Shown here in pieces: positions 10,793 to 17,963 of a stretch of DNA of 24,000 nt. The position numbers and the translations under genes were made by a program. The notes below the pieces were generated by a model, which made no database searches, had not been told where the DNA came from, and saw only the letters and a list, made by a program, of their open reading frames with translations. The stretch is from positions 4,058,807 to 4,082,806 of the forward strand of contig NZ_CP178826.1 in NCBI RefSeq assembly GCF_047323245.1, given 5' to 3'. The DNA comes from Psychromonas sp. KJ10-10 (lineage in GTDB: Bacteria > Pseudomonadota > Gammaproteobacteria > Enterobacterales > Psychromonadaceae). Every line of letters begins with the position of its first letter. The first letter of the stretch is position 1.

Positions 10793-12499
10793 ATGAGTCT
10801 GCCACTTAGTATCTCTATAGGAAGTGAAACCTACAAAGGGATCAAAGAATCCAATCAAGATTTTATTGGTAGCTCAACTCCAAAGGAGCCATTACTTAGT
10901 ACCAAAGGCATCGCTATTGCCATGGCAGACGGTATTAGCTCAAGTAAAGTCAGTCACATTGCCAGTCAAACAGCCATATCAAGTTTTCTATCGGATTATT
11001 ATTGTACTAGCGATTCTTGGTCTGTTAAAACCTCTGCACAAAAAGTCATTAAATCAATTAACTCTTGGTTATTTGCTCAAGGGCGACATGGCCCTGATAG
11101 GTTTAATAAAGACAAAGGTTATGTATGTACTTTTAGTGCACTTATTTTAAAATCAAACACCGCTCACCTGTTTCATTCTGGTGATACACGTATTTACCGT
11201 TTAGTAGATGGCACGTTAGAACAATTAACGGATGATCATCGCCGTGTCGTCTCGAAGGATGTTAGCTATTTAACACGTGCATTAGGGATTGATCAATCAT
11301 TAGAAATTGATTATCAAAGTCAATCTTTTGAAGTGGGTGATATTTTTATTCTTGCCACAGATGGCGTTTACGAATTCATAAAAAGCTCAGAAATCAGCAC
11401 GATTATTGCTAACAGTAAATCTTTACAGGAAGCGACCAAAGACATCATACAACAGGCTTTAGTGTCTGGGAGTGATGATAATTTAAGTGTACAGATTGTA
11501 CGTATTGAGCACGTTCCTGATTATCAATTAGATGAAGTGCATCAACTGACTCAGCTTCCTTTACCACCTAAGCTCACCCCAAGAATGATTTTTGATGGTT
11601 ATGAAATCATTAGAGAAATATATATCAGTAGCCGTAGTCATGTATTTTTAGCAAAGGACTTAGATACAGGGCAAAAAGTTGTTATTAAAACACCTTCCAC
11701 TGAAATGCGTAACGACAGTCAATATCTTGAACACTTTATGCTGGAAGAATGGGTCGCTAAACGAATTGATAATGTCAATGTTGCTAAAGCAATATCCCCC
11801 AACCGACAACGTCACTTTTTATATCTGGTTAGTGAGTACATCGAAGGAATTTCCCTTAAACAGTGGATAATCGATAACCCTAAACCGACCTTAGAGCAGG
11901 TACGCAGTATCATTTCACAAGTGGTTAAAGGGGTTCAAGCATTTCACCGACAAGAAATGCTCCATCAAGATTTACGACCCAATAACATTATGATCGACAA
12001 TAATAATACAGTGAAGATCATTGATTTTGGCTCTGCTTATATTTCAGGAGTCAGTGACGCTAAAAGTGAGCAGGTACTGCAAGGTACTATGCGCTACTCT
12101 GCTCCAGAGTACTTTCTAGGTCAATGGGGAACACAGGCTTCTGATATCTTTTCTATCGCAGTGATAACCTATCAAATGTTATCAGGAAAATTTCCCTACA
12201 AGAGCGATATTTCACAGGCAACCAGCATCACTGCACAACGCAGGTTATCCTATCGTAGTATTATTAATGAAGACTCAGAATTGCCTCTATGGATTGATCA
12301 CGCACTTCAAAGAGCCTTACAAATTTCACCTGAAAAGCGCTACCCAGTTTTGTCAGAGTTTATTTATGATTTACACCACCCCAACAAACGCTTTTTAGCA
12401 CGCACTCGCGCCCCTTTAATTGAGCGTGATCCGGTTCGATTTTGGCAAGGCCTTAGCTTTATATTATTTTCTATTATCCTGCTACAGCTTGCGTTATAA
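10793..12499 (+). CDS. Bifunctional PP2C-type Ser/Thr phosphatase / Hanks-type Ser/Thr protein kinase with C-terminal TM anchor
   Basis: Intact 568-aa ORF. PP2C motifs: NQDF, AMADGISS, GDTRIY, ILATDGVYE, GSDDNLSV. Kinase motifs: VVIKTP (Lys), HQDLRPNNIMI (catalytic loop, non-RD), IIDFGSA, GTMRYSAPEY. Hydrophobic tail: GLSFILFSIILLQLAL. Confidence 0.88.
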   Translation: MSLPLSISIGSETYKGIKESNQDFIGSSTPKEPLLSTKGIAIAMADGISSSKVSHIASQTAISSFLSDYYCTSDSWSVKTSAQKVIKSINSWLFAQGRHGPDRFNKDKGYVCTFSALILKSNTAHLFHSGDTRIYRLVDGTLEQLTDDHRRVVSKDVSYLTRALGIDQSLEIDYQSQSFEVGDIFILATDGVYEFIKSSEISTIIANSKSLQEATKDIIQQALVSGSDDNLSVQIVRIEHVPDYQLDEVHQLTQLPLPPKLTPRMIFDGYEIIREIYISSRSHVFLAKDLDTGQKVVIKTPSTEMRNDSQYLEHFMLEEWVAKRIDNVNVAKAISPNRQRHFLYLVSEYIEGISLKQWIIDNPKPTLEQVRSIISQVVKGVQAFHRQEMLHQDLRPNNIMIDNNNTVKIIDFGSAYISGVSDAKSEQVLQGTMRYSAPEYFLGQWGTQASDIFSIAVITYQMLSGKFPYKSDISQATSITAQRRLSYRSIINEDSELPLWIDHALQRALQISPEKRYPVLSEFIYDLHHPNKRFLARTRAPLIERDPVRFWQGLSFILFSIILLQLAL

Positions 12500-12680
12500 A
12501 TTATTAACTATTATTGTCTAAAGTGACACCGTAAAAAACGAAAGCTTATGTTTTATAAGGATTAATGTTAAATTAGTGTTTTGTAAGATTAAACACAACA
12601 AAAAAGAGTTAAAGCTGAAATGGATCTTCTCCCTATCAGGATAATCAATTCATACCTTAACTCATTTAAAATCATAGGGC

Positions 12681-12700
12681 TCTTGTATACCTTTACAGGG
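12681..12700. promoter_or_regulatory. lux-box-like palindrome TCTTGTATACCTTTACAGGG (arms CTTGTA-N6-TACAGG)
   Basis: 11 of 12 arm positions match the V. fischeri lux box ACCTGTAGGATCGTACAGGT (CCTGTA-N6-TACAGG). It ends 16 nt before the LuxR-homologue ATG. Confidence 0.55.
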
Positions 12701-12715
12701 AAAATTTAAATTATT

Positions 12716-13432
12716 ATGCATCGTGCCAATGAATTAATCACAAAGTTACAAACAGTAGAAACAGAGCAACAGATAAAAAAGGTAATTTTCCACTTAATCG
12801 AAGTATTGGAAGTAGATCATTTTTTACTGGGTATTTTCTCACCTCTATCAATGAACAAAACTAATGCACTTACCATAGACAACTACCCAGAAGGCTGGCG
12901 AAAAGTTTATGATGAACAGCAACTTATGCCTATCGACCCAATCATTCATTATTGTGCCAATAATCACAGCCCTCTTTTTTGGGAAAATATTGTCAATGAA
13001 GAAACAACCAGAATTAAAAAGGTCATTTTTGCAGGAGAACCAAGCAGGTTTTACTATACCTTTACATGGTCCAATGGGCTCATTTGGTATGTTCAGTTTA
13101 TCGATATCTTCAGAGCAAGAAAAACAGAAAAAAGATTAACCGACGCTTTAACCGTGATTCAATTGACTCTTCCTACTTTACAGGATGCACTAATACGGGT
13201 TAGAAAAGATTTATTTAAAACAGAAAAAGTTATTTTAACGACCCGAGAAGTAGAATGTCTAACCTGGGCAACCGAAGGAAAAAGTGCTTGGGAAATATCA
13301 AGGATTTTAAGCCTTTCTGAGCGAACTATCACCTTCCACTTAAAAAACGCCACACTTAAATTAGGTTGTGCAAACCGCTATCAAGCCATTGCTAAAGCAA
13401 TAATTACTGGTGTAATTAGTCCTAAAATTTAA
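12716..13432 (+). CDS. LuxR-family acyl-homoserine-lactone-type transcriptional regulator (V. fischeri LuxR-like), solo; middle segment out of frame
   Basis: The N-terminal domain DNYPEGWRKVYDEQQLMPIDPIIHYCANNHSPLFW parallels V. fischeri LuxR DNYPKKWRQYYDDANLIKYDPIVDYSNSNHSPINW. The C-terminal HTH LTTREVECLTWATEGKSAWEISRILSLSERTITFHLKNATLKLGCANRYQAIAKAI parallels LTKREKECLAWACEGKSSWDISKILGCSERTVTFHLTNAQMKL. The conserved core AGFTIPLHGPMGSFGMFSLS is encoded only in the alternative frame (12909-13139 ORF). Confidence 0.85.
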   Translation: MHRANELITKLQTVETEQQIKKVIFHLIEVLEVDHFLLGIFSPLSMNKTNALTIDNYPEGWRKVYDEQQLMPIDPIIHYCANNHSPLFWENIVNEETTRIKKVIFAGEPSRFYYTFTWSNGLIWYVQFIDIFRARKTEKRLTDALTVIQLTLPTLQDALIRVRKDLFKTEKVILTTREVECLTWATEGKSAWEISRILSLSERTITFHLKNATLKLGCANRYQAIAKAIITGVISPKI

Positions 13433-13438
13433 AACGGT

Positions 13439-13458
13439 TCCTGTCATATTTTACAGGT
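13439..13458 (+). promoter_or_regulatory. lux-box-like palindrome TCCTGTCATATTTTACAGGT with correctly spaced candidate -10 (TAAGAT 13480-13485)
   Basis: 11 of 12 arm positions match CCTGTA-N6-TACAGG. It starts 7 nt after the LuxR-homologue stop. The -10-like hexamer lies ~31 nt from the box centre, matching the -42.5 geometry of the V. fischeri luxI promoter. Confidence 0.5.
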
Positions 13459-13655
13459 TAGATTTGAACTACTTGCTGGTAAGATGTACTTCTAGCGTGA
13501 TAAAATCGATTACTAATCAATACATTAAAAATCGCCTACCGATTTACCCGCCAAGTTTTTAAAGCAGTACCCTTTGCTCATTGACTAACTGTCTTTGAGC
13601 TTTTTTCTTTCTCGTTTAATTCTTCAAACTGCCACTAAATATCATTTAGCAAGCT

Positions 13656-13705
13656 AAAAAAATATCTGTGTAGTTAACCTCAGTTCAGGATAAGCAACTA
13701 CACAG
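13656..13705 (-). terminator. Terminator of the phosphatase gene; also copy 2 of the conserved-loop hairpin repeat
   Basis: 10-bp stem CTGTGTAGTT/AACTACACAG encloses the loop AACCTCAGTTCAGGATAAGC. On the minus strand the hairpin is followed by ATA+T7 (A-run 13656-13662 on plus). Confidence 0.7.
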
Positions 13706-13732
13706 TTTGATGAGACTTTAAAAGGGAAAATA

Positions 13733-14567
13733 TTATTCAGCGAACTTGAATTTTCTTAAGGTATCAATACGAATTTCAGATCTTTCAGCTGAAGATTTCT
13801 TATACCATGCTCCACCACCGTAAACAGCGCCTTCCCAGTTACCATATATTGGGTTTGGTAACATAATGAATTTATCACCAAAACTATCTTTATGGTCCTC
13901 AACAGCCTTAGTTCTAACAGACATAGTGTCTCCATCAAAGGCGACATCGAAGTCAGCTAGGTTATCACCAATTAATAAAACAGTTCGGTAACCCATTTCT
14001 GTAATGCTATCACGACGAGGCTGTTTTTTTGACGTATCGGTTCTAAGCATCATGTGTTTATCATCAATTTGCGGGAAGCCTAGCGCTTTTAAATTATCCA
14101 TTGTTGAAGGTTTTAAATCGTAATCTTTTTCTGGCTGAGATTTTCTATTAGTAACATAAAAAACATCACCACCCGTTTTTACTACATAATTTAAGAAATC
14201 AACGGCACCAGGAATAGCAGTAGCGCTTCTGTCTTCAGACCATTCTTTCCAGGTTGAACTACCGTAACCATAATCTTTACCGATTAAACCAGCGTTAAAT
14301 GGGCTATTGTCAATGAGGGTTTCATCAACATCAACAACAACGGCTTTTTTGCCACCTTGTTTATCCATATCCCACTTTAACTTAGCAATATTAAATGCTT
14401 GATAAGCAAGAGCCTGAAATTCCGCCGAGTTTTGTACCCATGATAACGCTAAAATTGATTCTTCATTTAGGTCTTTTGTTGTGAATTCACTCTCAGCAGA
14501 CAAAAGAAGTAGAAGTTAATGCAACGATTACCGCCAGTCCAGATAAGCTTTTTGAAATGTTTTTCAT
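13733..14567 (-). pseudogene. Class C acid phosphatase / 5'-nucleotidase, lipoprotein e(P4) family (HAD superfamily), one frame break after the signal peptide
   Basis: HAD motifs VVVDVDETLIDNS and IGDNLADFD. ATG 14565-14567 with AGGGA SD encodes the signal peptide MKNISKSLSGLAVIVALTSTS..., which stops after 24 codons. The mature protein (SAESEFTTKDL...) is in the next frame. Shift at the A4/T4 run 14502-14505. Confidence 0.82.
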
Positions 14568-14765
14568 ATTATCCCTTATATTAAATCATGCGTTTGAAAT
14601 ACTAATTTATACAAATACTTACAGATAGCCACTAAGCATACTTAGTGACCAATAAATATTACATAAACACGCAAACAATGATAGATTTTTTTATTAGGTA
14701 AGTTTTGAGGTACTTTAAAGAAATTATCTAGAACAGAAAAAACAAGCTTTTATAATGCAGAAATG

Positions 14766-14798
14766 AAAAAGCCTCGACCATTAATGACGAGGCTTTTC
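14766..14798 (-). terminator. Second hairpin terminator downstream of tRNA-Trp
   Basis: GCCTCGAC-cattaat-GACGAGGC (one internal mismatch) is flanked by A5 and T4 runs. Its GCCTCG/CGAGGC stem core is shared with the first terminator. Confidence 0.6.
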
Positions 14799-14843
14799 AT
14801 AGTTTGGTTTGGTAAATAAAAATTTCACCGTACCAGAAACAAC

Positions 14844-14873
14844 AAAGCCTCAACAATAAATTGTCGAGGCTTT
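14844..14873 (-). terminator. Rho-independent terminator immediately after tRNA-Trp
   Basis: The minus-strand RNA GCCUCGACAA-uuua-UUGUUGAGGC (one G-U pair) is followed by UUUGUUGUUU. It pairs better on the minus strand than on the plus strand. Confidence 0.75.
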
Positions 14874-14879
14874 AAAATA

Positions 14880-14955
14880 TGGCAGGGGTGGAGAGATTCG
14901 AACTCCCAACATTCGGATTTGGAATCCGACGTTCTGCCGTTGGAACTACACCCCT
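14880..14955 (-). tRNA. tRNA-Trp (anticodon CCA), 76 nt with encoded CCA end
   Basis: The reverse complement AGGGGTGTAGTTCCAACGGCAGAACGTCGGATTCCAAATCCGAATGTTGGGAGTTCGAATCTCTCCACCCCTGCCA folds as a cloverleaf (7-bp acceptor, anticodon loop TTCCAAA). It closely parallels E. coli tRNA-Trp (…GTTGGGAGTTCGAGTCTCTCCGCCCCTGCCA). Confidence 0.95.
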
Positions 14956-14968
14956 GCAGACGCGTTGA

Positions 14969-14996
14969 ATAATACCTAAGCCAAAAATAATGTAAA
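14969..14996 (-). promoter_or_regulatory. Candidate sigma70 promoter of tRNA-Trp
   Basis: On the minus strand: TTTACA (-35), 16 nt, TATTAT (-10), then the GC-rich discriminator CAACGCGTCTGC just before the mature 5' end. Confidence 0.55.
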
Positions 14997-15195
14997 GCTC
15001 CTTTTTATAAAAACAGCTTCGATTGCTTACTATTCCTACAAAAATATGATTTTTCAGCATAATTACAAGAGTATTCTGTTGCCATACATAATGAGTCACT
15101 TAAGAAAGTTAAATCCCCGCTGTTTTTATTGCTTGCCACTACAGTCTGGTGTATTTTGCTAGCTCTCACATTTGTTGATAAAGGACTTTTCATTA

Positions 15196-16320
15196 ATGAG
15201 CTTTACCGAACCTAATAATAAACCCGCTAACCCTAACTTTTCTTCAGGCCCCTGCGCTAAACGCCCAGGCTACGATATCAATCAATTAGATATTTCAACA
15301 TTAGGTCGATCACATCGCTCTAATGTTGGTAAAGCAACATTACAAAAAGCAATTTCCGATACGGCTGAAATTTTACAATTACCAGCAGGCTATCGCGTTG
15401 GTATTGTGCCAGCATCAGATACAGGTGCGATGGAAATGGTGATGTGGTCTTTATTAGGTCCACGTGAAGTCGATATCTGTTATTGGGAATCATTTGGTCA
15501 AGGTTGGTATGGCGATATTACCAAACAACTTAAAATTGAAAAGGTTAATGAAATTTTTGCAGATTACGGAAAACTGCCAGATCTTTCTAAAGTGAATCCT
15601 AAAAACGATTGTATCTTCACTTGGAATGGTACAACTTCAGGTGTCAAAGTCGAAAATGGTGATTTTATTGCAGATGACCGTGAAGGTTTAACTATCTGTG
15701 ATGCAACATCCGCAGTCTTCGCAATGGATATGCCCTGGGAAAAATTAGACGTAACCACTTTTAGCTGGCAAAAAGTATTAGGCGGAGAAGGTGGCCACGG
15801 TATTATCATTCTCAGCCCACGCGTCGCGGAACGTTTAGAAAGCTATACTCCAAGCTGGCCACTACCTAAAATATTCCGCTTAACTGCAGGCGGTAAGTTA
15901 ATAGAAGGTATTTTCACAGGGGCAACCATTAACACCCCTTCTATGTTATGTGTTTCTGATTATCAAGATGCTTTAAACTGGATTAAATCAATGGGTGGTG
16001 TTAGCGCTTCAATTAAAAAATCACAACAAAACCTTGCTGTGCTAAGTAAGTTTGTTGCTGAGAATGATTGGATCCACTTTTTAGCGGAGAAAGAATCTAT
16101 TTGTTCAAATACCAGTGTGTGTTTATCACTTGATTTAAGTGGCGATAAAATTAAAGCATTTATTAAACTACTTGCTGATAAACAGGTTGCCTTTGATATT
16201 GGCGCTTATAAAGATGCACCAAGTGGTTTACGTATTTGGTGCGGTAGTACGGTTGAGCAGAGCGATCTTGAAGCCTTAATGCCTTGGTTAACTTGGGCAT
16301 ATCAAAGTGTTCAAGCATAA
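15196..16320 (+). CDS. serC: Phosphoserine aminotransferase, alternative (short, TIGR01365-like) type
   Basis: [13 protein letters not shown]-terminus, ASDTGAMEM, and the PLP-lysine context [14 protein letters not shown]. The start is likely ATG 15196 (AAAGGA ~10 nt upstream) rather than the TTG at 15172 in the ORF track. Confidence 0.8.
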   Translation: MSFTEPNNKPANPNFSSGPCAKRPGYDINQLDISTLGRSHRSNVGKATLQKAISDTAEILQLPAGYRVGIVPASDTGAMEMVMWSLLGPREVDICYWESFGQGWYGDITKQLKIEKVNEIFADYGKLPDLSKVNPKNDCIFTWNGTTSGVKVENGDFIADDREGLTICDATSAVFAMDMPWEKLDVTTFSWQKVLGGEGGHGIIILSPRVAERLESYTPSWPLPKIFRLTAGGKLIEGIFTGATINTPSMLCVSDYQDALNWIKSMGGVSASIKKSQQNLAVLSKFVAENDWIHFLAEKESICSNTSVCLSLDLSGDKIKAFIKLLADKQVAFDIGAYKDAPSGLRIWCGSTVEQSDLEALMPWLTWAYQSVQA

Positions 16321-16345
16321 GCTCAAACAAACAATTATTAAGTTT

Positions 16346-16375
16346 AAATGGGCCTTTTAGGCCCATTTTGCTTTA
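16346..16375 (+). terminator. Rho-independent terminator after serC
   Basis: AAATGGGCC-tttta-GGCCCATTT followed by TGCTTT. Confidence 0.7.
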
Positions 16376-16454
16376 CAGCACACAATCATTATTTCTTATT
16401 ATTGGCATATATTGTTAACATACTAAGAATCAATTTAAACAACCGAGGTAACCT

Positions 16455-17819
16455 ATGACTGAGCAACACTTTGATTTCGATTACATTTGTATTGGTGGTG
16501 GTAGTGGCGGTATTGCCTCTGCGAACCGAGCGTCTATGTATGGTGCAAAAGTCGCCATTATAGAAGCGAAAGATTTAGGCGGTACCTGTGTGAATGTCGG
16601 TTGTGTCCCTAAAAAAGTGATGTGGCATGGTGCGCAAGTTGCTGAAGCTATTAATTTATACTCTGAAGATTACGGCTTCGATGTCGATCTTAAAGGTTTT
16701 AACTGGTCAAAAATGGTTGAGAACCGTCAAGCTTATATTGGTCGTATCCATGAATCATACGATCGTGTCTTAGGTAATAACAAAGTTGAAGTCATTAAAG
16801 GTTTTGCTACCTTTGTAGATAAAAACACAGTAGAAGTAAATGGAAAAGAATACCGTGCCAAGCATATTACCATTGCTACTGGCGGTCGCCCAACCATTCC
16901 TAATATTCCAGGGGCTGAGTTTGGTATCGATTCTAATGGTTTCTTTGATATCACAGAACAACCTAAGCGCGTTGCTGTGGTTGGAGCCGGATATATTGCA
17001 GTTGAAATTGCTGGCGTATTAAGTGCACTCGGAACTGAGACACATCTTTTTGTACGTAAAGAATCACCTCTACGTAGTTTTGACCCATTAATGGTTGAAA
17101 CGCTTGTTGAAGTCATGGCTAGCGAAGGGCCAACTCTACATACCCATAGCGTTCCTAAGGAAGTTAACAAAGAGTCAGATGGAAGCTTAACGCTACACCT
17201 TGAAAATGGTAATTCATTTAATGTGGACACACTTATTTGGGCTATCGGTCGTAATCCAGCAACGGATGTTATCAACCTACAGGCAACCGGTGTTGAGACA
17301 AACGAATGGGGATACATCAAGGTAGATGCTTACCAAGAAACTAATATTCCAGGCATCTATTGTGTCGGTGATATTATGGAAGGCGCAGTTGAATTAACGC
17401 CAGTTGCTGTAAAAGCGGGTCGCCAGCTTTCAGAGCGCTTATTTAACAACAAGCCTGAAGCAAAAATGGATTATGAATTAATTCCAACCGTAGTCTTTAG
17501 CCACCCTCCTATCGGTACTCTTGGTCTAACAGAGCCAGAAGCCATTGAGCAATATGGTGAGAAAAACGTGAAGGTTTATCAATCTGGTTTTACTGCAATG
17601 TATACGGCAGTCACTAAACATCGCCAGCCCTGTAAAATGAAGTTAGTCTGTGCCGGTGAAAATGAAGTGGTTGTTGGATTACACGGTATTGGCTTTACAG
17701 TAGATGAAATGATCCAGGGATTTGCTGTTGCAATGAAAATGGGTGCAACCAAAGCAGACTTCGATGCCGTTGTTGCTATTCACCCAACTGGCTCAGAAGA
17801 GTTTGTAACAATGCGCTAA
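16455..17819 (+). CDS. gor: Glutathione-disulfide reductase
   Basis: Intact 454-aa ORF collinear with E. coli Gor throughout: GGGSGGIAS, redox-active [23 protein letters not shown], and C-terminal [12 protein letters not shown]. Confidence 0.95.
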   Translation: MTEQHFDFDYICIGGGSGGIASANRASMYGAKVAIIEAKDLGGTCVNVGCVPKKVMWHGAQVAEAINLYSEDYGFDVDLKGFNWSKMVENRQAYIGRIHESYDRVLGNNKVEVIKGFATFVDKNTVEVNGKEYRAKHITIATGGRPTIPNIPGAEFGIDSNGFFDITEQPKRVAVVGAGYIAVEIAGVLSALGTETHLFVRKESPLRSFDPLMVETLVEVMASEGPTLHTHSVPKEVNKESDGSLTLHLENGNSFNVDTLIWAIGRNPATDVINLQATGVETNEWGYIKVDAYQETNIPGIYCVGDIMEGAVELTPVAVKAGRQLSERLFNNKPEAKMDYELIPTVVFSHPPIGTLGLTEPEAIEQYGEKNVKVYQSGFTAMYTAVTKHRQPCKMKLVCAGENEVVVGLHGIGFTVDEMIQGFAVAMKMGATKADFDAVVAIHPTGSEEFVTMR

Positions 17820-17875
17820 ATAAGAATGTGTTGCTTCAAAGCAACACATAAAGCATAAGCTGTATTGCATAAAAT

Positions 17876-17893
17876 CATTTCAGGATAAGACAA
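17876..17893. repeat. Copy 3 (partial) of the conserved loop motif: CATTTCAGGATAAGACAA inside a TAAAAT/ATTTTA stem
   Basis: The 11-mer TTCAGGATAAG is shared exactly with 13684-13694. It is intergenic, between gor and the shared terminator. Confidence 0.5.
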
Positions 17894-17905
17894 TATTTTA
17901 GACAA

Positions 17906-17935
17906 ACAAAAGCCAGCATTTAGCTGGCTTTTTTA
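17906..17935. terminator. Bidirectional terminator shared by gor (+) and the alginate lyase gene (-)
   Basis: A-run, AGCCAGC-attta-GCTGGCT, then T6. Confidence 0.85.
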
Positions 17936-17963
17936 TGCATATTTAAACTAATTAATAGTTATA

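Noticed and set aside
13459-13732. A possible luxI remnant downstream of the LuxR homologue.
   Set aside because: I translated all six frames by eye. Only very short ORFs are present (for example 32 codons from TTG 13464 and 18 codons on the minus strand), and none resembles the LuxI-family N-terminus. No support can be read from the sequence.
14568-15195. tRNA-Trp as an integration hotspot or genomic-island boundary. Also ORFs 14872-15099 (-) and 15005-15193 (-).
   Set aside because: There is no integrase, no mobile gene, and no visible repeat of the tRNA 3' end nearby. The two ORFs overlap the tRNA and its promoter, have no RBS or recognisable family, and are almost certainly spurious.
16733-17320. 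A 195-aa ORF antisense to gor, plus the many other overlapping or antisense ORFs in the track: 572-796, 4467-4652, 4529-4759, 4776-5006, 5073-5288, 6352-6585, 6695-6979, 8058-8264, 9197-9379, 10355-10579, 10824-11150, 11679-11870, 13159-13353, 13756-13947, 15564-15809, 16163-16366, 16770-16961, 16840-17022, 18015-18212, 20287-20484, 22534-22830.
   Set aside because: Each lies inside a well-supported gene on the other strand or in another frame. Their composition is low-complexity or Ser/Leu/Pro-rich, as is typical of shadow ORFs. None shows family motifs.
9636-17867. The shared 10-mer AGCTGTATTG at 9636-9645 and 17858-17867 was considered as a second conserved piece of the hairpin repeat family.
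   Set aside because: Exact 10-mer matches between two sites are expected many times by chance in 24 kb of AT-rich DNA. Order and spacing relative to the main motif also differ.
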